A stretch of DNA of 64,000 nucleotides from Squalus acanthias (GCA_030390025.1 CM059438.1:63800001-63864000); one strand, 5' to 3'; positions 1 to 13,289 are shown, counted from the stretch's first letter. Notes: generated from the sequence alone by a model not told the origin. Program-made: numbers and translations.

Positions 1-1719
1 CTGTGTTAAGAGGACACAGTAAGACATTGTTAAGAGGACACAGTAAGACTGTGTTAAGAGGATACAGTAAGACTGTGTTAAGAGGACACAGTAAGACTGT
101 GTTAAGAGGACACAGTAAGACTGTGCCAAGAGGACATAGTAAGACTGTGTTAAGAGGACACAGTAAGACTGTACTAAGAGGACGCAGTAAACCGTGTTAA
201 GAGGACACAGTAAGACTGTGTTAAGAGGACACAGTAAGACTGTGTTAAGAGGACACAGTAAGACATTGTTAAGAGGACACAGTAAGACTGTGTTAAGAGG
301 ATACAGTAAGACTGTGTTAAGAGGACACAGTAAGACTGTGTTAAGAGCACACAGTAAGACTGTGCTAAGAGGATACAGTAAGACTGTGTTAAGAGGACAC
401 AGTAAGACTGTGTTAAGAGGATACAGTAAGACTGTGTTAAGAGTACATAGTAAGACTGTGTTAAGAGGACACAGTAATACTGTACTAAGAGGACGCAGTA
501 AACCGTGTTAAGAGGACACAGTAAGACTGTGTTAAGAGGACACAGTAAGACTGTGCTAAGAGGACACAATAAGACTGTGCTAAGAGGACACAGTAAGACT
601 GTGCTAAGTGGACACAGTAAGACTGTGCTAAGAGGACACAGTAAAACTGTGCTAAGTGGACACAGTAAGACTGTACTAAGAGGATACAGTAAGACTGTGT
701 TAAGAGGACACAGTAAGATTGTGCTAAGAGGACACAGTAAGACTGTACTAAGAGGCCACAGTAAGAGTGCACTAAGAGGACACAGTAAGACTGCACTAAG
801 AGGACACAGTAAGACTGTGTTAAGAGGACACAGTAAGACTGTGTTAAGAGGACACAGTAAGACTGTGTTAAGAGGACACAGTAAGACTGTGTTAAGAGGA
901 TACAGTAAGACTGTGTTAAGAGGATACAGTAAGACTGTACTAAGAGGACACAGTAAGACTATGTCAAGAGGACACAGTAAGACTGTGTTAAGAGGATACA
1001 GTAAGACTGTACTAAGAGGACACAGTAAGACTGTGTTAAGAGGACACAGTAAGACTGTGTTAAGAGGATACAGTAAGACTGTGTTAAGAGGACATAGTAA
1101 GACTGTGTTAAGAGGACACAGTAAGACTGTACTAAGAGGACGCAGTAAACCGTGTTAAGAGGACACAGTAAGACTGTGTTAAGAGGACACAGTAAGACTG
1201 TGCTAAGAGGACACAATAAGACTGTGCTAAGAGGACACAGTAAGACTGTGCTAAGTGGACACAGTAAGACTGTGCTAAGAGGACACAGTAAAACTGTGCT
1301 AAGTGGACACAGTAAGACTGTACTAAGAGGATACAGTAAGACTGTGTTAAGAGGACACAGTAAGATTGTGCTAAGAGGACACAGTAAGACTGTACTAAGA
1401 GGCCACAGTAAGAGTGCACTAAGAGGACACAGTAAGACTGCACTAAGAGGACACAGTAAGACTGTGTTAAGAGGACACAGTAAGACTGTGTTAAGAGGAC
1501 ACAGTAAGATTGTGTTAAGAGGACACAGTAAGACTGTGTTAAGAGGATACAGTAAGACTGTGTTAAGAGGATACAGTAAGACTGTACTAAGAGGACACAG
1601 TAAGACTATGTCAAGAGGACACAGTAAGACTGTGTTAAGAGGATACAGTAAGACTGTACTAAGAGGACACAGTAAGACTGTGCTAATAAGGTGCAGTAAG
1701 ACTGTGCTAAGAGGACACA

Positions 1720-2103
1720 AATGCAACACTGTTTTTTCAACCAAGATGCTCTTATTTGAAGCTTCTTTTGCTGAAGACTACATGTTGCATGACTCTGTAG
1801 CTTGTTCAGCGGATGCTTAACAGGGTTGTGATCAATGTCCCCCATAAGATGCACGGCCTCCGGCGCGGCCTGCCTCCCCCAGTGCGCGGCCCATTCAAGT
1901 TTTTGTGCATGCGCGGTATCTACAATTTAAATGCCGGTAGGCGGCCTGCGCGGGATCTTGCAGATGACCGCTTTTTCTTTTACTTTTATGTTGTCCATTA
2001 CCTCTTTAGTCATTCATGGTTGTTTTTTTGGCAAGTAGAGCTCTTGCCCCCTAGGGGTATAAACTGGTTCTGTATCCTTTTTAAACTGTGCTAAGGCTGC
2101 GCA
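1720..2103. repeat. ~384-bp non-minisatellite spacer, copy 1 (about 110 bp flank + TSD + left part of hAT-like element)
   Basis: Near-identical to 6457-6840 and 10341-10724. Contains GTTGTGAT (1825-1832) followed by the TIR CAATGTCCCCCATAAG at 1833. Confidence 0.95.
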
Positions 2104-5100
2104 AAGAGGACACAGTAAGACTGTGTTAAGAGGACACAGTAAGACTGTGTTAAGAGGATACAGTAAGACTGTGTTAAGAGGACACAGTAAGACTGTGTTA
2201 AGAGGACACAGTAAGACATTGTTAAGAGGACACAGTAAGACTGTGTTAAGAGGATACAGTAAGACTGTGTTAAGAGGACACAGTAAGACTGTGTTAAGAG
2301 GACACAGTAAGACTGTGCCAAGAGGACATAGTAAGACTGTGTTAAGAGGACACAGTAAGACTGTACTAAGAGGACACAGTAAACCGTGTTAAGAGGACAC
2401 AGTAAGACTGTGTTAAGAGGACACAGTAAGACTGTGCTAAGAGGACACAGTAAGACTGTGCTAAGAGGACACAGTAAGACTGTGCTAAGAGGACACAGTA
2501 AGACTGTGTTAAGAGGACACAGTAAGACTGTGTTAAGAGGACACAGTAAGACTGTGTTAAGAGGATACAGTAAGACTGTGTTAAGAGGACACAGTAAGAC
2601 TGTGTTAAGAGGACACAGTAAGACATTGTTAAGAGGACACAGTAAGACTGTGTTAAGAGGATACAGTAAGACTGTGTTAAGAGGACACAGTAAGACTGTG
2701 TTAAGAGGACACAGTAAGACTGTGCCAAGAGGACATAGTAAGACTGTGTTAAGAGGACACAGTAAGACTGTACTAAGAGGACGCAGTAAACCGTGTTAAG
2801 AGGACACAGTAAGACTGTGTTAAGAGGACACAGTAAGACTGTGCTAAGAGGACAAAGTAAGACTGTGCTAAGAGGACACAGTAAGACTGTGTTAAGAGGA
2901 CACAGTAAGACTGTGTTAAGAGGACACAGTAGGACGGTGCTAAGAGGACACAGTAGGACTGTGTTAAGAGGACACAGTAAGACTGTGTTAAGAGGACACA
3001 GTAAGACTGTACTAAGAGGGCATAGTAAGACTGTACTGAGAGGACACAGTAAGACTGTAGTAAGAGGACACAGTAAGACTGTACTAAGAGGCCACAGTAA
3101 GACTGCACTAAGGGGACACAGTAAGGCTGCACTAAGAGGAGACAGTAAGACTGTGTTAAGAGGCTACAGTAAGACTGTACCAAGAGGACACAGTAAGACT
3201 GTACTAAGAGGACACAGTAAGACTGTGTTAAGAGTGCACAGTAAGATTGTGTTAAGAGGACACAGTAAGACTGCGTTAGGAGGACACAGTAAGACTGTGT
3301 TAAGAGGATACAGTAAGACTGTGTTAAGAGCATACAGTAAGACTGTGTTAAGAGGACACAGTAAGACTGTGCTAAGAGTATACAGTAAGACTGTATTAAG
3401 AGGCTACAGTAAGACTGTGTTAAGACGACACAGTAAGACTGTGTTAAGAGGACACAGTAAGACTGTGTTAAGAGGATACAGTAAGACTGTGTTAAGAGGA
3501 CACAGTAAGACTGTGTTAAGAGGACACAGTAAGACTGTGTTAAGAGGACACAGTAAGACTGTGTTAAGATGATACAGTAAGACTGTGTTAAGAGGACACA
3601 GTAAGACTGTGTTAAGAGGACACAGTAAGACATTGTTAAGAGGACACAGTAAGACTGTGTTAAGAGGATACAGTAAGACTGTGTTAAGAGGACACAGTAA
3701 GACTGTGTTAAGAGGACACAGTAAGACTGTGCCAAGAGGACACAGAAAAACTGTGTTAAGAGGACACAGTAAGACTGTACTAAGAGGACACAGTAAGACT
3801 GTACTAAGAGGATACAGTAAGATTGTACTAAGAGGACACAGTAAGACTGTGCCAAGAGGACACAGAAAAACTGTGTTAAGAGGAGACTGTATTAAGAGGA
3901 CACAGTATGACTGTACTGAGGACACAGTAAGACTGTACTAAGAGGACACAGTAAGACTGTATTAAGAGGACACAGTAAGACTGTACTAAGAGTACACAGT
4001 AAGACTGTACTAAGAGGACACAGTAAGATTGTGTTAAGAGGACACAGCAAGACTGTGTTAAGTGGACACAGTAAGACTGTACTAATAGGACACGGTAAGA
4101 TTGTGTTAAGAGAACACAATAAGACTGTACTAAGAGGACACAGTAAGACTGTACTTAGAGGACACAGTAAGACTGTACTAATAGGACACGGTAAGACTGT
4201 GTTAAGAGGACACAATAAGACTGTGTTAAGAGGACACAGTAAGACTGTGTTAAGAGGATACAGTAAGACTGTGTTAAGAGGATACAGTAAGACTGTGTTA
4301 AGAGGACATAGTAAGACTGTGCTAAGAGGACACAGTAAGACTGTGTTAAGAGGACACAGTAAGACTGTACTCAGAGGACACAGTAAACTGTGTTAAGAGG
4401 ACACAGTAAGACTGTGTTAAGAGGACACAGTAAGACTGTGCTAAGTGGACACAGTAAGACTGTGCTAAGTGGACACAGTAAGACTGTGCTAAGAGGACAC
4501 AGTAAAACTGTGCTAAGTGGACACAGTAAGACTGTGCTAAGAGGGCACAGTAAGACTGTACTAAGAGGCCACAGTAAGACTGCACTAAGAGGACACAGTA
4601 AGACTGTATTAAGAGGACACAGTATGACTGTACTAAGAGGACACAGTAAGACTGTATTAAGAGGACACAGTAAGACTGTACTAAGAGGACACAGTAAGAC
4701 TGTATTAAGAGGACACAGTTAGACTGTACTAAGAGGACACAGTAAGACTGTACTAAGCGGACACAGTAAGATTGTGTTAAGAGGACACAATAAGACTACT
4801 AAGAGGACACAGTAAGACTGTACTAATAGGACACGGTAAGACTGTGTTAAGAGGACACAATAAGACTGTATTAAGAGGACACAGTAAGACTGTGTTAAGA
4901 TGATACAGTAAGACTGTACTAAGAGGACACAGTAAGACTGTGTTAAGAGGACACAGTAAGACTGTGCTAAGAGGATACAGTAAGACTGTGTTAAGAGGAC
5001 ACAGTAAGACTGTGTTAAGAGGATACAGTAAGACTGTGTTAAGAGGACACAGTAAGACTGTGTTAAGAGGACACAGTAAGACTGTGTTAAGAGGACACAG

Positions 5101-6456
5101 TAAGACATTGTTAAGAGGACACAGTAAGACTGTGTTAGGAGGGTACAGTAAGACTGTGTTAAGAGGACACAGTAAGACTGTGTTAAGAGGACACAGTAAG
5201 ACTGTGCCAAGAGGACACAGAAAAACTGTGATAAGAGGACACAGTAAGACTGTACTAAGAGGACACAGTAAGACTGTACTAAGAGGATACAGTAAGATTG
5301 TACTAAGAGGACACAGTAAGACTGTGCCAAGAGGACACAGAAAAACTGTGTTAAGAGGAGACTGTATTAAGAGGACACAGTATGACTGTACTGAGGACAC
5401 AGTAAGACTGTACTAAGAGGACACAGTAAGACTGTATTAAGAGGACACAGTAAGACTGTACTAAGAGTACACAGTAAGACTGTACTAAGAGGACACAGTA
5501 AGATTGTGTTAAGAGGACACAGCAAGACTGTGTTAAGTGGACACAGTAAGACTGTACTAATAGGACACGGTAAGACTGTGTTAAGAGGACACAATAAGAC
5601 TGTACTAAGAGGACACAGTAAGACTGTACTTAGAGGACACAGTAAGACTGTACTAATAGGACACGGTAAGACTGTGTTAAGAGGACACAATAAGACTGTG
5701 TTAAGAGGACACAGTAAGACTGTGTTAAGAGGATACAGTAAGACTGTGTTAAGAGGATACAGTAAGACTGTGTTAAGAGGATACAGTAAGACTGTGTTAA
5801 GAGGATACAGTAAGACTGTGTTAAGAGGACATAGTAAGACTGTGCTAAGAGGACACAGTAAGACTGTGTTAAGAGGACACAGTAAGACTGTACTCAGAGG
5901 ACACAGTAAACTGTGTTAAGAGGACACAGTAAGACTGTGTTAAGAGGACACAGTAAGACTGTGCTAAGAGGACACAGTAAAACTGTGCTAAGTGGACACA
6001 GTAAGACTGTGCTAAGAGGACACAGTAAGACTGTACTAAGAGGCCACAGTAAGACTGCACTAAGAGGACACAGTAAGACTGTATTAAGAGGACACAGTAT
6101 GACTGTACTAAGAGGACACAGTAAGACTGTATTAAGAGGACACAGTAAGACTGTACTAAGAGGACACAGTAAGACTGTACTAAGCGGACACAGTAAGACT
6201 GTGTTAAGAGGACACAGTAAGACTGTGTTAAGAGGACACAGTAAGATTGTGTTAAGAGGAAACAGTAAGACTGTGTTAAGAGGATACAGTAAGACTGTGT
6301 TAAGAGGATACAGTAAGACTGTACTAAGAGGACACAGTAAGACTATGTCAAGAGGACACAGTAAGACTGTGTTAAGAGGATACAGTAAGACTGTACTAAG
6401 AGGACACAGTAAGACTGTGCTAATAAGGTGCAGTAAGACTGTGCTAAGAGGACACA

Positions 6457-6840
6457 AATGCAACACTGTTTTTTCAACCAAGATGCTCTTATTTGAAGCT
6501 TCTTTTGCTGAAGACTACATGTTGCATGACTCTGTAGCTTGTTCAGCGGATGCTTAACAGGGTTGTGATCAATGTCCCCCATAAGCTGCACAGCCTCCGG
6601 TGCGGCCTGCCTCCCCCAGTGCGCGGCCCATTCAAGTTTTTGTGCATGCGCGGTATCTACAATTTAAATGCCGGTAGGCGGCCTGCGCGGGATCTTGCAG
6701 ATGACCGCTTTTTCTTTTACTTTTATGTTGTCCATTACCTCTTTAGTCATTCCTGGTTGTTTTTTTGGCAAGTAGAGCTCTTGCCCCCTAGGGGTATAAA
6801 CTGGTTCTGTATCCTTTTTAAACTGTGCTAAGGCTGCGCA
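6457..6840. repeat. ~384-bp spacer, copy 2
   Basis: Offset 4737 from copy 1, with only a few substitutions. TIR starts at 6570. Confidence 0.95.
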
Positions 6841-9800
6841 AAGAGGACACAGTAAGACTGTGTTAAGAGGACACAGTAAGACTGTGTTAAGAGGATACAG
6901 TAAGACTGTGTTAAGAGGACACAGTAAGACTGTGTTAAGAGGACACAGTAAGACATTGTTAAGAGGACACAGTAAGACTGTGTTAAGAGGATACAGTAAG
7001 ACTGTGTTAAGAGGACACAGTAAGACTGTGTTAAGAGGACACAGTAAGACTGTGCCAAGAGGACATAGTAAGACTGTGTTAAGAGGACACAGTAAGACTG
7101 TACTAAGAGGATGCAGTAAACCGTGTTAAAAGGACACAGTAAGACTGTGTTAAGAGGACACAGTAAGACTGTGCTAAGAGGACACAGTAAGACTGTGCTA
7201 AGAGGACACAGTAAGACTGTGTTAAGAGGACACAGTAAGACTGTGTTAAGAGGACACAGTAAGACTGTGTTAAGAGGATACAGTAAGACTGTGTTAAGAG
7301 GACACAGTAAGACTGTGTTAAGAGGACGCAGTAAGACATTGTTAAGAGGACACAGTAAGACTGTGTTAAGAGGATACAGTAAGACTGTGTTAAGAGGACA
7401 CAGTAAGACTGTGTTAAGAGGACACAGTAAGACTGTGCCAAGAGGACATAGTAAGACTGTGTTAAGAGGACACAGTAAGACTGTACTAAGAGGACGCAGT
7501 AAACCGTGTTAAGAGGACACAGTAAGACTGTGTTAAGAGGACACAGTAAGACTGTGTTAAGAGGACACAGTAAGACTGTGCTAAGAGGACACAGTAAGAC
7601 TGTGCTAAGAGGACACAGTAAGACTGTGTTAAGAGGACACAGTAAGACTGTGTTAAGAGGACACAGTAGGACGGTGCTAAGAGGACACAGTAGGACTGTG
7701 TTAAGAGGACACAGTAAGACTGTGTTAAGAGGACACAGTAAGACTGTACTAAGAGGGCATAGTAAGACTGTACTGAGAGGACACAGTAAGACTGTAGTAA
7801 GAGGACACAGTAAGACTGTACTGAGAGGCCACAGTAAGACTGCACTAAGAGGACACAGTAAGGCTGCACTAAGAGGAGACAGTAAGACTGTGTTAAGAGG
7901 CTACAGTAAGACTGTACCAAGAGGACACAGTAAGACTGTACTAAGAGGACACAGTAAGACTGTGTTAAGAGTGCACAGTAAGATTGTGTTAAGAGGACAC
8001 AGTAAGACTGCGTTAGGAGGACACAGTAAGACTGTGTTAAGAGGATACAGTAAGACTGTGTTAAGAGCATACAGTAAGACTGTGTTAAGAGGACACAGTA
8101 AGACTGTGCTAAGAGTATACAGTAAGACTGTATTAAGAGGCTACAGTAAGACTGTGTTAAGACGACACAGTAAGACTGTGTTAAGAGGACACAGTAAGAC
8201 TGTGTTAAGAGGATACAGTAAGACTGTGTTAAGAGGACACAGTAAGACTGTGTTAAGAGGACACAGTAAGACTGTGTTAAGAGGACACAGTAAGACTGTG
8301 TTAAGATGATACAGTAAGACTGTGTTAAGAGGACACAGTAAGACTGTGTTAAGAGGACACAGTAAGACATTGTTAAGAGGACACAGTAAGACTGTGTTAA
8401 GAGGATACAGTAAGACTGTGTTAAGAGGACACAGTAAGACTGTGTTAAGAGGACACAGTAAGACTGTGCCAAGAGGACACAGAAAAACTGTGTTAAGAGG
8501 ACACAGTAAGACTGTACTAAGAGGACACAGTAAGACTGTACTAAGAGGATACAGTAAGATTGTACTAAGAGGACACAGTAAGACTGTGCCAAGAGGACAC
8601 AGAAAAACTGTGTTAAGAGGAGACTGTATTAAGAGGACACAGTATGACTGTACTGAGGACACAGTAAGACTGTACTAAGAGGACACAGTAAGACTGTATT
8701 AAGAGGACACAGTAAGACTGTACTAAGAGTACACAGTAAGACTGTACTAAGAGGACACAGTAAGATTGTGTTAAGAGGACACAGCAAGACTGTGTTAAGT
8801 GGACACAGTAAGACTGTACTAATAGGACACGGTAAGACTGTGTTAAGAGGACACAATAAGACTGTACTAAGAGGACACAGTAAGACTGTACTTAGAGGAC
8901 ACAGTAAGACTGTACTAATAGGACACGGTAAGACTGTGTTAAGAGGACACAATAAGACTGTGCTAAGTGGACACAGTAAGACTGTGCTAAGAGGACACAG
9001 TAAAACTGTGCTAAGTGGACACAGTAAGACTGTGCTAAGAGGACACAGTAAGACTGTACTAAGAGGCCACAGTAAGACTGCACTAAGAGGACACAGTAAG
9101 ACTGTATTAAGAGGACACAGTATGACTGTACTAAGAGGACACAGTAAGACTGTATTAAGAGGACACAGTAAGACTGTACTAAGAGGACACAGTAAGACTG
9201 TATTAAGAGGACACAGCAAGACTGTACTAAGAGGACACAGTAAGACTGTACTAAGCGGACACAGTAAGATTGTGTTAAGAGGACACAATAAGACTACTAA
9301 GAGGACACAGTAAGACTGTACTTAGAGGACACAGTAAGACTGTACTAATAGGACATGGTAAGACTGTGTTAAGAGGACACAATAAGACTGTATTAAGAGG
9401 ACACAGTAAGACTTTGTTAAGATGATACAGTAAGACTGTGTTAAGAGGTCACAGTAAGACTGTGTTAAGAGGACACAGTAAGACTGTGTTAAGAGGACAC
9501 AGTAAGACTGTGTTAAGAGGACATAGTAAGACTGTGCTAAGAGGACACAGTAAGACTGTGTTAAAAGGACACAGTAAGACTGTACTAAGAGGACACAGTA
9601 AGACTGTGTTAAGAGGACACAGTAAGACTGTGCTAAGAGGATACAGTAAGACTGTGTTAAGAGGACACAGTAAGACTGTGTTAAGAGGATACAGTAAGAC
9701 TGTGTTAAGAGGACATAGTAAGACTGTGTTAAGAGGACACAGTAAGACTGTACTAAGAGGACGCAGTAAACCGTGTTAAGAGGACACAGTAAGACTGTGT

Positions 9801-10453
9801 TAAGAGGACACAGTAAGACTGTGCTAAGAGGACACAATAAGACTGTGCTAAGAGGACACAGTAAGACTGTGCTAAGTGGACACAGTAAGACTGTGCTAAG
9901 AGGACACAGTAAAACTGTGCTAAGTGAACACAGTAAGACTGTACTAAGAGGATACAGTAAGACTGTGTTAAGAGGACACAGTAAGATTGTGCTAAGAGGA
10001 CACAGTAAGACTGTACTAAGAGGCCACAGTAAGAGTGCACTAAGAGGACACAGTAAGACTGCACTAAGAGGACACAGTAAGACTGTGTTAAGAGGACACA
10101 GTAAGACTGTGTTAAGAGGACACAGTAAGATTGTGTTAAGAGGACACAGTAAGACTGTGTTAAGAGGATACAGTAAGACTGTGTTAAGAGGATACAGTAA
10201 GACTGTACTAAGAGGACACAGTAAGACTATGTCAAGAGGACACAGTAAGACTGTGTTAAGAGGATACAGTAAGACTGTACTAAGAGGACACAGTAAGACT
10301 GTGCTAATAAGGTGCAGTAAGACTGTGCTAAGAGGACACAAATGCAACACTGTTTTTTCAACCAAGATGCTCTTATTTGAAGCTTCTTTTGCTGAAGACT
10401 ACATGTTGCATGACTCTGTAGCTTGTTCAGCGGATGCTTAACAGGGTTGTGAT

Positions 10454-11193
10454 CAATGTCCCCCATAAGCTGCACGGCCTCCGGCGCGGCCTGCCTCCCC
10501 CAGTGCGCGGCCCATTCAAGTTTTTGTGCATGCGTGGTATCTACAATTTAAATGCCGGTAGGCGGCCTGCGCGGGATCTTGCAGATGACCGCTTTTTCTT
10601 TTACTTTTATGTTGTCCATTACCTCTTTAGTCATTCATGGTTGTTTTTTTGGCAAGTAGAGCTCTTGCCCCCTAGGGGTATAAACTGGTTCTGTATCCTT
10701 TTTAAACTGTGCTAAGGCTGCGCAAAGAGGACACAGTAAGACTGTGTTAAGAGGACACAGTAAGACTGTGTTAAGAGGATACAGTAAGACTGTGTTAAGA
10801 GGACACAGTAAGACTGTGTTAAGAGGACACAGTAAGACTGTGTTAAGAGGATACAGTAAGACTGTGTTAAGAGGACACAGTAAGACTGTGTTAAGAGGAT
10901 ACAGTAAAACTGTGTTAAGAGGACACAGTAAGACTGTGTTAAGAGGATACAGTAAGACTGTGTTAAGAGGACACAGTAAGACTGTGCTAAGAGGATACAG
11001 TAAGACTGTGTTAAGATGATACAGTAAGACTGTGTTAAGAGGATACAGTAAGACTGTGTTAAGAGGATACAGTAAGACTGTGTTAAGAGTATACAGTAAG
11101 ACTGTGTTAAGAGGATACAGTAAGACTGTGTTAAGAGGATACAGTAAGACTGTGTTAAGAGATACAGTAAGACTGTGCTTAGCGGGAACGCTG
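10454..11193. mobile_element. Non-autonomous hAT-like DNA transposon carrying the 24-bp array inside its right TIR
   Basis: Left TIR CAATGTCCCCCATAAGC and right TIR GCTTAGCGGGAACGCTG (11177-11193) match at 12/17 as inverted repeats, with CA...TG termini. Perfect 8-bp direct repeat GTTGTGAT at 10446-10453 and 11194-11201; 8-bp TSDs are typical of hAT. Confidence 0.8.
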
Positions 11194-12175
11194 GTTGTGA
11201 TCTGGCTTTCGTCCCCTCACCCCTGTTTCCACAGAGTTACTGATTTAACCATGTGGTGTGGAGAACTGTTAATCTGGAGCAAAGCGGAACAGGATTGTTA
11301 ATGATAGGAAGCAAATTCTCTGCAAAGGACAACGAGCTATTGCTTGGCATTAATCTTCTGTTTGTGTCATAACAAATGACTTTCGCTTCCATGGGAACAA
11401 TTTGGACTGTTTCCCAGGACTGTGGATGGATGATGCTGATATGGCTGTTCTGCTCTTACTTAATGACAATGCCATAAATGAGGAATAAGCAAATCCCAAA
11501 GTGGACAAACATAAGTCATGTTTGGATATCATTAATGTGTTGGGCATACGTGCATTATTCAATTTCATAAACTCTTTACTTCTGGAATCTGGATGGTGTT
11601 TGTCCCCTAAAGGGATCCATAGTTTCTGTACATTAGCCAATATGAGATCAGCTTAATGTAGAATTCACTTCTCTGGTTTGAACAGTGGACCTTGGACAGC
11701 TAATACAAATGATGCCAAGGTGCTTGATCACCTTTGGAGGTTTGACTTGAGACAAATCAGTAAAGTTGTTGTCTCTGAACCTCCAGACATGTTCTTAAGT
11801 GCATGAATTCAAAATCCAGATGAGACTAGTTCATTCTGAAGGTTATGAAATTCGAGACCACCTATTGTTCCAGGTTCATTGTTGAGGTATTAATCGATCT
11901 TCCAGGCTTCTGCTATGCTACTTCATGTTCTATTGTACTTTGCAGTGCTCCATTCGAGCCTATTTGGCTCACAGTAGATGAATTTCTCGGTCTGAAAATG
12001 GATAATATGCACTGCACTCTGATCTGCACATCCCTGAGCACCGCCAACACATGCGATCCCATTCTTTTAAGTGGAATGGCAACTTGTCTTACCTGCTTGC
12101 TTCTAAAATGTTAAGCGGCATTTCATCAATTTATTTTACATCCTACCTCTTTCCTCCTGTTTGTTGTGTTCTTTT

Positions 12176-12628
12176 GTTCCCAGGAATGAGGGACTTCAGT
12201 TATGTGGAGAAACTAGAGAGGGTGGGCTTGTTCTTCTTAGAGCAGAGAAGGTTCAGGGGAGATTTTATCGAGGTGTTCAAAATCATGAGGGGTTTTGATA
12301 GAGTAAATAAGCAGAAACTGTTTCCACTGGCAGGAGGGTCAGTCAGCAGAGGACAACGATTTAAGATAATTAACAAAAGGACGAGAGGGGAGATGAGGAG
12401 AATTTTTTTTGCAGCAAGTTGTTATGATCTCGGCTGCACTGCCTGAAAGGGTGGCAGCAGCAGATTCAGTAGTAACTTTCAAATGGGAATTGGATATATA
12501 TTTGAAAAGGAAAAATTTGCAGGGCTACAGGTAAAGGGCGGGGGAGTGGGATAGCTCTTTCAAAGAGCCGGCACAGGCATGATGGGCCTGAATGGCCTCC
12601 TCTGTGCTGTAAAATTCTATAATTCTAT
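12176..12628 (+). mobile_element. CR1 LINE 3' fragment
   Basis: Translates to PGMRDFSYVEKLERVGLFFLEQRRFRGDFIEVFKIM; ends in an ATTCTAT tandem tail. Confidence 0.9.
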
Positions 12629-13289
12629 TTCCTTATTGTTTGGCACTTCCAAGTTATTTGTATCATGCCAAAAAAATTTTATTGGATGCTCCTCTAACAG
12701 CTCAGTCAGTAGGCCCAGGTTCATCTCCCTGTCTGGGTGGAGATTGCTGATCTCAATAGGAGCAGAGGTAAGGGCACTACAATTGGCCTCAGAACTCTTG
12801 ATTGGCAAGGACAACATAGGCCGAGGCCTCACACTTGATCGTTACACTTGCTTGAAGTGGTGTGTGTATTGACAGTGGAGTGAGGGTTAGGCTCACTGAT
12901 GATGGCTCTTGCAGTTGAACTACCTGCTGTTACTCAAAGTCTAGGCTCCAGCATTAATAATGGTAATTTGGACAATATACCAGCTGAAGTCTGGCACAGG
13001 CAGAATTGTACCCCAGTGAGCAGCAAATGCAACTGATAAAGGGAAGGAGTGAAAAGTTGGGAACTGGAAATTACTACATTACAAATGTACTTCATTGACT
13101 GTGAAGTGCTTTGGGACGTCCTGAGGTCAAGAAAAGCACTATAGAAATGCAAGACTTTCTTTCAAGTCTTTATATATAATTTGCAAATCAACTGATTAAA
13201 AAAACAAATCCACTACAGTACAGTGGCTCGGGATTATTTTTAGTTTCTTACTGTGAGTCAAAATTCAAGTGCTCACCAATCATTATAAA

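Larger units (their letters stand above)
1..11176. repeat. 24-bp minisatellite (consensus AAGAGGACACAGTAAGACTGTGTT) in four blocks: 1-1719, 2104-6456, 6841-10340, 10725-11176
   Basis: Hundreds of tandem 24-bp units are directly visible, with variant units (GATAC, GTACT, GTGCT, and a 23-bp GACGCAGTAAACCGTG type). The window starts inside the array. Confidence 0.99.

Noticed and set aside
1813..2094. 93-aa ORF repeated three times in the spacer
   Set aside because: It spans flank, TSD and non-coding transposon end, and resembles no protein I recognise.
1..11176. CRISPR-like array (palindromic repeats)
   Set aside because: The units are contiguous with no unique spacers, there are no cas genes and the context is vertebrate.
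1..11176. RAG recombination signal sequences (CACAGTA resembles the heptamer; some units have AGAAAAACT)
   Set aside because: No nonamer at 12- or 23-bp spacing (the A-rich variant falls 18-20 bp away), and no V/D/J segments.
1..11301. Long ORFs of LRGHSKTV, LLTQSYCV and PLNTVLLC repeats
   Set aside because: A 24-bp unit is automatically stop-free in some frames. The ORFs occur on both strands, are broken by 23-bp units and have no splice or start context.
11350..11900. Possible second decayed Harbinger transposase on the minus strand (KPEK...LANVQKLWIPLGDK)
   Set aside because: The resemblance is too weak to support without an HMM search.
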